DNA of 63,379 bases, counting the filler, from Octopus bimaculoides (Eukaryota): assembly GCF_001194135.2 (NCBI RefSeq). It is 4 parts of 4 records of this genome, joined end to end, with 100 filler letters (N's around TTAATTAATTAA, not from the genome) between each part and the next. Parts side by side here need not be neighbours in the genome. Positions count along the whole stretch, not along the records: positions 1 to 30,125 come from NC_068981.1; 3 more parts are not named here. One strand, given 5' to 3'. Below are positions 13,814 to 24,560 of this stretch, in pieces. Numbering within the stretch: position 1 is the first letter of the stretch; every line of letters begins with the position of its first letter. The notes below the pieces were generated by a model. That model was not told where the DNA came from. It was given only the letters and a program-made list of their open reading frames with translations, and ran no database searches. The translations under genes were made by a program, and so were the position numbers.

Positions 13814-14456
13814 GACGAGCTTCTTTGAGTTTTTGTCTACCAAATCCACTCACAAGGCTTTGGTCAGCCCGAGGCTATAGTACAATACACTTGCCCAAGG
13901 TGCCACGCAATGGGACTGAACCCGGGACCACGTGGTTTTTAAGCAAGCTACGTACCATATAGCCACTCTTACGCCTATAATACTGGCTATAATTACTATA
14001 GAATATCTGTAGAGATAACTTTAATAAGTGAAAGTCAAGAAATGCCAAACACACTGCTAAGACGGTAGACCCAGGTATCTTTTTATAAATCTCTTTAATA
14101 TTCTTTGTAGCATATTTTGGTTGCATAACGAAATACTGCGTCCCTATAAGTCATTTATAATTAGGTACCAGCTTTCAGGAATGTATTTAATATATAAAAT
14201 TGGTATATCCAATAACGTTACATCGCTGTATTTAATGACTATTTAAGCAATGTGTTCGTAGATGATTAAGGGGTTAGATGGGTGCTGATGAAAGGGCAAA
14301 AACTCCTCAAATAGGGCATATACACCCATTAACCATTTTTCATCTTCGATCAAATTTTTTTAGTTACATCTGGCGTCTCGGATACGAAACGTCGTAACAG
14401 AAATCAATGCTGACAATAGTTTCTATAGAATATCTCTAGAGATAACCTTAACAAGT
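12991..14456. mobile_element. Composite inverted-repeat element cluster, interrupted by a SINE and flanked by a 12-bp direct repeat
   Basis: A unit starting AATGACTTGTAGGGG..TATTTCGTTATGCA occurs forward at about 12992 and 13340, and reversed at about 13480-14157 and 14215-14456; ACTGTGCAACAT at 12979-12990 and 14457-14468. Confidence 0.65.
13555..13978 (-). mobile_element. Composite SINE family B with internal (CA)n(TA)n; other copies at about 4442-4780(+), 17385-17559(-), 30520-30690(-), 36775-37120(-), 48470-48590(-)
   Basis: Shared blocks CATGCTGGAGCACCGCCTTTAGTCGA, TACTTATTCTATCGG, CTACCAAATCCACTCACAAGGCTTTGG, GGGACTGAACCC. Confidence 0.75.
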
Positions 14457-14627
14457 ACTGTGCAACATATTTCAACCTTTCCTTCATCTTATGATATTTG
14501 TCCGTCTCAGACCACACCTCTTTGACTTCTGTTTCACCTATGTTTGTTTATAGTTTCTGTATCACTTGTAGCTCTTGTGGCGTAAGTAATGATAATGATG
14601 ATGCTCATCACCATCATCATCGTTATT

Positions 14628-14658
<31 letters not shown>

Positions 14659-14876
14659 CTATCACCAAGGCTGCTAGCTGGCAGAATCGTTAGTACGCGG
14701 GGCAAAATGCTTGGCGATATTTCGTAAGTCTTTATGTTGTAAGTTCAAGTTCCGCCGAGGTCAACAAATTAAGTACCAGTCGAGTACTGTGGTCTATGTA
14801 ATCGACTAGTCCCTTCCCGCGAAATTTTAGTCCTTGTGTCTTTAGTAGAAAGGATTATTATTATTATTATTATTAT

Positions 14877-14935
<59 letters not shown>

Positions 14936-16334
14936 AAGAGTGAAAGAGCAATTCATGCTATCGAAGTGACACTGGGCTGCAAATATACAAAGCCCAATAT
15001 AACCATCATGACTACCCTTCTGAGAAGGATACACCAGACACATATGCGTGACATGGCGATCTCAAGTCAAAATAAACAGTGCATGACCTTTCCATGGGGA
15101 TAGGATGGAATTTTTTTCAGGTCCAGTAGCCCATCCTACTGAAAATGTTTCTGAATAAGGTTTGTTTAAGGATGTTGAACTAAACACCTATGTTCCCAGA
15201 ATTCTCAAAGAATTCCTCTCAACACATAGATATAATGCTCCCCCACTATTCCTGCCTGTGATCACATGCACAAATCGTCAGCTAATAAGGGATATGTTCA
15301 GATGGTCATAGTCCAGCAACTGACAAGCAAATCTGGTTCTGAGCAGAGTTTTTGTGCAGTCAATCTTTTATACCAAGACAAAACATGTACATGGTAACAC
15401 TTCGAATCAGTTAAGATCAGAAGCCATAAGTGCTACTGATTGGTACTGCATCAGGGCATTTATTGCTGCATCAAGGCAGTTACTGCCATCGTTAAGGCTG
15501 TAGCATGACATAATTGTAAGCACGCCAAAGAAAATGATTGGCATCATTTCGTCTGTTTCGGTCCTGAGTTCAAATTCCGCTGCAGTCGATTTTGCCTTCC
15601 ATGCCTTCAGAGCCGATTAGATAAGTGTCAGCTGAGCACAACGGTCAATGTAATCGACTAATCTCTCACACTCAAATTTCAGGCCTTGTTTTAGGCTAGC
15701 AACATCGGTTTCAATATGCATCTAAGTAATTCGTTACGTCTTTTTATATTCTGATTTCAAATTCTGCAGTCAGGCACTCGTAAAGAAATTTGAAATCAGC
15801 TTTATATCTGAAATTTTCGAGATCAAAAATGTATAAATACATAAAGTAAACAGATTTCAAGTTTCAAGCACTATTCTTTATATAATCGCCTGCAACCTTC
15901 TCCAAAAATTCTGTCCTTGTGCCGAGACTAGAATTCATTAACATTATTATATTAACGATTTGAATTATATGTACTCAGTACATACCACCCAATACGACTA
16001 TACCAGCAGTTAAATTTGGATGTCAGGTATCTACATAAAGCTTTTTTATATGACACAAATACAAGACTATATTCATAAACTGATGTTATCATACAACTCA
16101 TAGGTCATATTTTGAAATTCAGAATTAACAAATCGTTATATACATGTATATGGAAATATTATACAATGCACTCATTTAGGGAAAAATGATACATGTTACA
16201 GCACCAATAAAAATAATATAACATAAAAAAGAGGCAATATATTACCTTAGTGCATGTTTTGCGATTCAGTATAGAAATATATAGTCGAAGACATGCTTAT
16301 GCATACAAATAGGTACATATATCATTCAACAACA

Positions 16335-16369
<35 letters not shown>

Positions 16370-18987
16370 CATGCACACACATACACACACACACATACAA
16401 ACACTCACACACACACACAAACGCGCACACACGCGCACACACACATATATGTATATATGCCTAGATATACCCTAATATAAAATTATGCCTATGTTTATCG
16501 TTAGATAGATGTATGTATATTCAAATATGTATGGAAGTAAATGTATGAATAAGCGAATTAGACAGATCAATATATATATGAAATTTACTTTAATATCCGC
16601 TCAAGTGTAAATCTCTTGAGCACTACTAAGCGTATTCTATACTGAGAATATTCGGATTTCATCTGTGAACTATATTAATATGTATGTGTGTGTATCCGAG
16701 TGCTGGCACTTGAGGTTAAGTGAATGTCTGTGCGTTTGAATACACAAGCACATATATAAGAAATATATACATATAAGTGGAGACAGATAATAGGAAATAA
16801 GATAGCAGCGTATTTTCTTACACAAACTCGGGGAAGTAACTTATTATTCATATGTTGAACGTGGTTAACTTGAAACTATGTATGTTTGGATAGTGAATAA
16901 ATTCGCTCTAGTACCTATTTGAAATTCAGAAAATATATTTGTATGTTTTATATGCATCATATTCAAGTATTTCAATTTTAAATCTCCCGCATAACAATAT
17001 AAAACATAGATAGTCATAAATAGAAATATATGAATGCATGCATAAATCTCTGTGTGCCTCTGTGTGTTTGTGAGTGTGTGTCTGTGTGTCTCTGTGTGTG
17101 TGTGCGCGCGCGTTTCTGTGTGTCTGTGTGTGTATATATAAACATACGCACACGCACAGACTCACTCACACATACACATACACACATTCATACATTTATA
17201 AATATACACATGCGTTTGTATGTGTGTGTGTGTGTGTGTGTGTATGTATATATAGACACACAAACGTGTGTATGTATGTATGTGTGTATATATATATATC
17301 AAATGGATGCGCTTATAAAACTATTCTGCACATACAGTAACATACCAACAATCCAACTTACCTCCATCATCAGCTATTCTTTCTTTTACTTATTTAAGTC
17401 ATTTGACTGCAGTCATGCTGGAGCACTGCCTTTAGTCGAACAAATCGCCCCCAGGACTTATTCTTTGTAAGGCAAGTACTTATTCTGTCGGTGTTTTATG
17501 CCGAACCACTAGGTTTCGGGGGCGTTAACACACCAACAACGATTGTCAAGTGACGGGGGNNNNNNNNNNNNNNNNNNNNNNNNNNNNNNNNNNNNNNNNN
17601 NNNNNNNNNNNNNNNNNNNNNNNNNNNNNNNNNNNNNNNNNNNNNNNNNNNNNNNNNNNNNNNNNNNNNNNNNNNNNNNNNNNNNNNNNNNNNNNNNNNN
17701 NNNNNNNNNNNNNNNNNNNNNNNNNNNNNNNNNNNNNNNNNNNNNNNNNNNNNNNNNNNNNNNNNNNNNNNNNNNNNNNNNNNNNNNNNNNNNNNNNNNN
17801 NNNNNNNNNNNNNNNNNNNNNNNNNNNNNNNNNNNNNNNNNNNNNNNNNNNNNNNNNNNNNNNNNNNNNNNNNNNNNNNNNNNNNNNNNNNNNNNNNNNN
17901 NNNNNNNNNNNNNNNNNNNNNNNNNNNNNNNNNNNNNNNNNNNNNNNNNNNNNNNNNNNNNNNNNNNNNNNNNNNNNNNNNNNNNNNNNNNNNNNNNNNN
18001 NNNNNNNNNNNNNNNNNNNNNNNNNNNNNNNNNNNNNNNNNNNNNNNNNNNNNNNNNNNNNNNNNNNNNNNNNNNNNNNNNNNNNNNNNNNNNNNNNNNN
18101 NNNNNNNNNNNNNNNNNNNNNNNNNNNNNNNNNNNNNNNNNNNNNNNNNNNNNNNNNNNNNNNNNNNNNNNNNNNNNNNNNNNNNNNNNNNNNNNNNNNN
18201 NNNNNNNNNNNNNNNNNNNNNNNNNNNNNNNNNNNNNNNNNNNNNNNNNNNNNNNNNNNNNNNNNNNNNNNNNNNNNNNNNNNNNNNNNNNNNNNNNNNN
18301 NNNNNNNNNNNNNNNNNNNNNNNNNNNNNNNNNNNNNNNNNNNNNNNNNNNNNNNNNNNNNATATATATATATATATATATAGACTAGTTTCAGGGTAAG
18401 AAACACATTAATAGAATTGATTACGAAATTATTCCTGATAAGATACATGCAGACGTATTGTATTAAGCTGTATAATGTAAAAAAAAAAAGAACAAAAATA
18501 TTAAAACACTTTTTGGTCTTACGAGACTCTGTAGCAGACGGCCTGGGAATCTATCCAGAATTTTCATAAAATTCCCTTAGTAGTAAAGAGACTAGGAAGA
18601 ATTATAATCCAATACTATATTCGATACTAAGCATTAATCTCCTATGCGTGATTTGCGGATAGTGTGTTATTAATTCATTGCTCAGGTATATGGTCAGCCT
18701 AATTGAATACAAATAGAGGTAATCTTGGAATTGAAATCTATTCGGGTCGCAGACGTTTATAATTGCCTCTCAACTAATTTTGAACACCAATGCGTTTTTG
18801 TTTATTAGTTTTAACATCTCTGCACAAGTGAACAATACAATTAATCATAATTCTATAAAATAGATAGACTATCCGTCGAAGATGAAAGTGAGATTTGCCC
18901 GTTGCTGATATAAGATGAAGTACGACCGTGATCCCGTTCCTGTCATATAGTCCCGCTTGTAACAAATTATTAAAGTTTACGTCTTAC

Positions 18988-19770
18988 CTGTAAGGGGAAT
19001 TGGGATCTAGACAAGTGCTGTTTGGGGATTTAAACGGACTCTTACAGCAGTCACCGTGATCCCAATTATGATAAGCTCGGTTGCATTCAAAGTCACATCT
19101 CCCGTTTCCAAGATTAACAGCATCACATGGTATTTCATCGATATCACAATCACCTCCATCATTTCCGGTTTGAGTATGTTGGCATTCTAGATTACAGTGT
19201 TTGTCTCCTATTTCATTAGGAAGACAATCTAACAATACAGTCTTATGTTTTAAACTCGCATTCCGTATTTTAACTTCTTCTAACTCCCAACTTATATTGT
19301 AAGGTTTGAATGCAGCTATTAAGGCTCGATGCTGTCTTACCACCTGGTTATCAGTCACCTTAGGATTATGATCATCAACATCATCCATTACGTTAACAAT
19401 TCGATATCGAATTCTTTTTTCCTGGCGTAATTCACTGTGACGAGTGTAACTGCGAATTATATCCGGATTGTCACAAACTGTTTTTCCACACGGTGGCGCC
19501 ACGAGTTGAATTGAGTAACGTTGTTCTTCTATATCAGAGAAAACGAGAGATGGTTGTTTTTTTAAAATAGTTTTCCATTTCTGAAGGTGGCTGAAATCCT
19601 CTTTAAACACAAGTCCTTCGTCTTTCTGTAAGTGTATAGTCAAGTCGTATAGATTTCTTGCTACATCTCTGTGTTTTATGGCAAAGTCCCATATTAATAT
19701 TTGATCGATATATCCTCTGTAAAGCTTGTCTTTTGTGTATGCCTTTCCTCCAAGCAGGATTTCTTTGCAT
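18988..19770 (-). CDS. PAPPA: Pappalysin exon: end of LamG-like domain, start of catalytic domain, LNR1 and LNR2
   Basis: 783 nt (phase 2/2); acceptor ctcattgcag|ATGC, donor TACAG|gtaaga. Encodes CKEILLGG...YRGYID...APPCGKTVCDNPDII...RYRIVN...AFKPYNISWEL...CLPNEIGDKHCNLEC...NDGGDC...GNGRCDFEC...WDHGDCC...TCLDPNSPY(R). Confidence 0.97.
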
Positions 19771-20001
19771 CTGCAATGAGAAAATGGTAATTGTTGCTTA
19801 AGATTGAAAATAAATATGCATAAATACATAACAAGAGATATGTTTCATATATCAACACTAGTATTTTATTTTAAATAATAAAGTCACGGATGAACCGTAA
19901 AACTCTAACAATCTAACTAAACTAAAGCTGAAGAACTAGAAGTTTGTGTATGTGTTAGTATGACCTCCTATGTATGTGAGTGTGTGTGTATGTATATATA
20001 T

Positions 20002-20460
20002 ATTAGTAGGTATCTGTTAGTCTCGAGAGGTCATGGATCTGCGTCTGAAGAAATCGTGTCAGCTGCTGATGGTGATGCATCGTCTGCTGTAACTGTAGAG
20101 GCCCACATAGGAGTGGTAGTTATGCATACAGCGCCTGCATTTGAAGGGGCACTCTGCCGACGCTACTGGTTTTTTCCTCCGTCGAGTGCGCTTTCCTTTG
20201 GTGGCGAATTGCTGCTTTTCTTCCGCTCGCTTCATTGCCTTTCGTAGTATTTGTCTCCGGCTTGGGCGTTCATTTGCGACCTCCTCTCATCTCAGGACGT
20301 CAAGATCAAGCGACTTCATATCTCTCTTGTAGATGTCCTTGAAACGAAGATGAAGTCGTCCTCATGCTCTTGTACCTCATGCTCCGCATACAGGAGGTCT
20401 TTTGGACACCACCTCCCTTCCGGCATGCGATGTACATGACACGCTATGTTCTTCATCGTT
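20002..20460 (-). mobile_element. RTE-clade LINE 3' end
   Basis: HVHRMPEGRWCPKDLLYAE...LRFKDIYKRDMKSLDL...FKCRRCMHNYHSYVGLYSYSRRC, followed by the typical RTE tail CATGACCTCTCGAGACTAACAGATACCTACTAATAAT. Confidence 0.85.
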
Positions 20461-20560
20461 TAGTAGTAAATAATAATTTTTCACCATTTCGTCTTGCTTC
20501 TCTTCCGCTGAATTTGAATCTCATATCGCTTGTCCACTGTTTCGTTGTTGTTGTTGTTGT

Positions 20561-20594
<34 letters not shown>

Positions 20595-21317
20595 GTTCTT
20601 GTTGTTGTTGTTCTTGTTGCTGCTGCTGCTGCTGTTGTTGTTGTTGTTGTTATTTTTTCCGCTTAAATGTTTTACGCTTTACTTTCTACATGTCCAGGCA
20701 TCAATACATTTACACAATTCTACCTCTTTCTCTACATATTACTTGAGCTCCTTTTCCTCTTTACTTGCTGCCACCTCCCCACTCGCACGCTTTTCTCACA
20801 ATACGATTGCACATACACAATAATTACCCCCACAGGCTACTCTACTACACTACGAAGCTTGCACACCTCTACGCACAGACACATATCCCCAAAATACCAG
20901 ATATGCCTAGTATGACCTCTCACTACGTGGAAAAGCTTCTATACGCACACACCGCGCTTCCCCACTCTTCATAACTTTTCTATAGAAACACACTCCCAAC
21001 TGTCCCCTAAACTCCTCGCCTGTTTTTCTTCCAATCGTGTTTCTTTTACACCCTTCTCCTTTAATTAGCTTCTATATTTTCTTCTGAAGGACATATGCAC
21101 GAAATGTTAAGACGCTTTCTTTTCCTTTTAAGCATTAAACTAATACGGTACTTGTTAAAACTTCTCGTATAAATTTTCTTTTTATGGCCACTGCTTTTAT
21201 AATAGCTTGTTTTGTGTATGTGTATATATCTATGTATAAAACACACATACAGACATATATATTGTTGTGTCTTGAGAGGGTCATTACGCGAGTAATAACA
21301 CACGCAATGTTCAGAAT

Positions 21318-21655
21318 CACTTCTTTATTGTTTGTCAGTTGATTAAATATCTAGCCATTTGTTCACTATGCTGGTTACAATTAATTGGTTGTTTGCTAGT
21401 TAAAGTTCTTTCCTCGCTGTTGGCAACGCTTTTAGAGACTGTTCCGATTCTGTCCGAGAATTGTCCAAGACCAATTCACAGACAGAATCGGAACAGACCT
21501 TGGAAGGAGAGGTGAGACATTGAAAAGGTTGCGAAGAGCGACGAAAGGAATTTCACAATCAAACAACCGGTTGATTGTTTAACCAACACATTAAACAAAC
21601 TATCCATTAGTTAGTTGCGGAGATATTTAACCAACTGACTAACAATAAAGAAGTG
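21318..21655. mobile_element. Foldback (palindromic) MITE-like element with central hairpin
   Basis: 35-bp TIRs at 21318-21352 and 21621-21655 (2 mismatches), further inverted inner segments, and a perfect 16-bp central stem at 21439-21454/21481-21496. Confidence 0.75.
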
Positions 21656-22304
21656 GTATTGAAACAGGGTTATTACTATTGACGTAATGACCAATCCCAA
21701 GACAAGGGGAAAATTTTCTCAACTAACGAATTCAAATCAAGAACCTTGCAAACCACATGCAAAAACAATGTTTGTGTGTGTGTGTTTGCTCACGTGTGTT
21801 TATGTGTGTCTGTGTATATACAAACATATATATAATATATGTACGTATGTGTGTGTGTGTTTGTGCTCGTGTGTGTGTGTACCTATATTTGGCTGCTCTG
21901 CATTGACAAGGGGCAACACCCTGAAACTAGTCTGCAGATGCCAAACCAGCAGGGGGACACTGCTGACCTCCTCTGTTCGAAGGTTATAAAGGACACAGGT
22001 TTCGTGTGTCACATAGCTAGCTAGAGGCGATGGCTTCTTGGAGCTAATTCACGGCAGCTTTCGTCCTAATTTTGGGACTGCCATGTTGGCTTGGCGATAA
22101 CTATTAATTTCCAGTACCGCTGCCGTAGTCTCCTTTAGAGAGACTTAGAAATATTAATAACTCTATATATATATATATATNNNNNNNNNNNNNNNNNNNN
22201 NNNNNNNNNNNNNNNNNNNNNNNNNNNNNNNNNNNNNNNNNNNNNNNNNNNNNNNNNNNNNNNNNNNNNNNNNNNNNNNNNNNNNNNNNNNNNNNNNNNN
22301 NNNN

Positions 22305-22367
<63 letters not shown>

Positions 22368-22452
22368 TAAACAAGTAAACACAAAATGTAAAATAAAACA
22401 TGTATAATTTTAAGAAAAGAGAAAATTAGCTAGAAAAGGAGACTGTATATAC

Positions 22453-22738
22453 CTGTTAGCAGATGCACTGAATAAGTCGCCAGTTTGCTCTTGTGAAACA
22501 GCAACAAGTGCACTGTTGATATACAACTTCATTTTCTCGCCTGAGTATGACGCAGAAACGTGCAGCCATTGGTAAGGCAAATAAGATCGATCTGACATCA
22601 ATACTGTCGACTCCTTTGATCGGTCTGTTTTGAGAGCAAAGTACACACGAGCATCTTCTTCCATGCCAGGTTCGTTCGTACGTATTCCAATCGACCAACC
22701 ATTGGTGTGTTGGTTTTGATGGCACAAGTCAAACAGAC
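22453..22738 (-). CDS. PAPPA: Pappalysin exon: LamG-like (pentraxin/jelly-roll) domain
   Basis: 286 nt; acceptor tttctag|GTCTG, donor AACAG|gtatat. Encodes (G)LFDLCHQNQHTNGWSIGIRT...YFALKTDRSKES...SYLPYQWLHVSASYSGEKMKLYINSALVAVSQEQTGDLFSASAN(R), matching human LYDKC...RGWVVGI...YFFSLKTDRAR...SYLPGQW...MKLYVNG. Confidence 0.95.
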
Positions 22739-23399
22739 CTAGAAATGTACATAAAATACAAGATTTGTATATATACCTATATTTCTTTATACATACGTAC
22801 TTATACATATATATGTCTGTGTGTGTGTGTGTAAAGTATATAGCATGTCTATACATTATATATATATATATATATATTATGTATATATACATATATATAA
22901 TATACATAATATATGAACATTATATAATATATATCTTATATAATATACAATATTTAATATATAAATGAAATACATATAATATATATACATGCATACATTA
23001 TATGCATATAATTATATATAAATATATATGTGTGTATATAAGCATGTGTATGTGTGTGTGTGTGTTTGTATATGAGAGAGAGTGAAAGAGAGACACAGTG
23101 AGACAAAGAGAGAGAGAGATTGTATGTATAAATAAATGCAAACCTATAATCATCGTTAACTACAATAACGTACTTCCTTACATGTTAGGAATATCAGTTC
23201 ATACTAAGTGTGTAACCGAATTTATCTTGTCAATAGCAACCTCTACAAGACAATACAACTATCATCCTCCCACACCTTTTTTAGCCTTTGTATTCTATGT
23301 ATATATGTCCCTTGCTTTCCATTATATACTATGTATACTTACCATTTTTTCTCCATCATTTGAAGCCCAATACACCCATCATGACTACCCACCGGATAC

Positions 23400-24170
23400 T
23401 GGTACACCAGGCATATGCATCTAAAATCCAGGAATGGGGAACCATGCCATACGCATTCTTATAATCGTTCCACGCCATGCCTAGGTTAGTAAGTCTTTTC
23501 TTGCAGTCATTCAGTACCATTCTGTCTATCAGAAGTTGGTTTTTTGTCCCCCTGTTTTTCCTTCTGCACCCCTTCTGTTCCAGTGGCAGTTATCATTCAT
23601 TTCCAGGGAGTTATACACATAATTAACTATAATTTCTGTCATCAGCTTCCATATCAGGGGCATGCAGATGATAGGCCGGTAATTATCCACTGCACTGCAT
23701 TTACTGGAATCCTTTTGGCAAAGAATTGTTTTACCTGTGGTCACCACTTTGGGAATTGCGCCCCGTTGTTGATCATTTTATCCATTTTGATGGTTATTCT
23801 TCGGTGTAGTGCTGGGAAATTTTTCAACCAATATCCTTGTACCCTACTCGGGCCTGGGCATTTCCAGTTTGGAAACTTTGTTGTCTGTTCGGTCACCATT
23901 TCAGTCGTTATTCTAATATTGCTCTGTTTCACTTCATATTTTTCCGACCTTAATTCATTCAACCGTTTAGCATTTTTGTTATGCTTTCGTCCATTATCCA
24001 CATGTTACTCCCAAACCTCCTTCTTTCTTCAGCTTCCGGTCTCTCACTGCCGTTAACCTTTCCATTTAGCTGTTGATAAACCGTTTTCTGGTTTTGTTGG
24101 AACAATCTGTTGATATTATATTGTTCAATTCTTTGGTCATATCTTTCTATAAAACACCAGCGTGGAACTT
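23400..24170 (-). mobile_element. R4/Dong-like LINE reverse transcriptase fragment, frameshifted
   Basis: NRLFQQNQKTVYQQL...NWKCPGPSRVQGYWLKNF...TGKTILCQKD...NYRPIICMPLIWKLMT...[18 protein letters not shown]. Confidence 0.85.
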
Positions 24171-24184
24171 CCATCAACCTCAAT

Positions 24185-24560
24185 GCCCGACTGATCGAAA
24201 CCTGTGAGCATCTAATGACACTCTGGGTGCCAGACGCCTTGCCTCGGTCTGTGCTCCTTCCAGAACTGTAGCTCAGTCAAAGAGATGAGTTGCGGATAAA
24301 TGAGTTTGAAAAGCTGTGACCATACCTTTTTATCGCCAAGGAAGCGCTGAAGATGTCCTAACCTCAGCGCATGTCTGAGCAACATCAGCCACAGTATCAC
24401 CAGTTCTCTATTCAGTGGATGTTCATAACAAATGAAGCACCTGACCAATGGAACGCTCCTCTTCTACAGAAAGCGAAAATGCATGCGCTCCAGTTTCGTG
24501 AGACGTAATAACTGCTTCGTTTATTGGTACAAACCTCGAAATTTAGAGGAGAACGTTTGT
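24185..24560 (+). mobile_element. Degenerate RTE-like LINE fragment
   Basis: Weak translation (RDELRINEFEK...ALKMS*PQR) resembling the RTE post-RT region. Confidence 0.35.

Noticed and set aside
17543-18448. Long ORFs of 130-360 aa (also at 31510, 43063, 47276, 54067, 57656, 62303)
   Set aside because: Open only because they run through N gaps and dinucleotide repeats.
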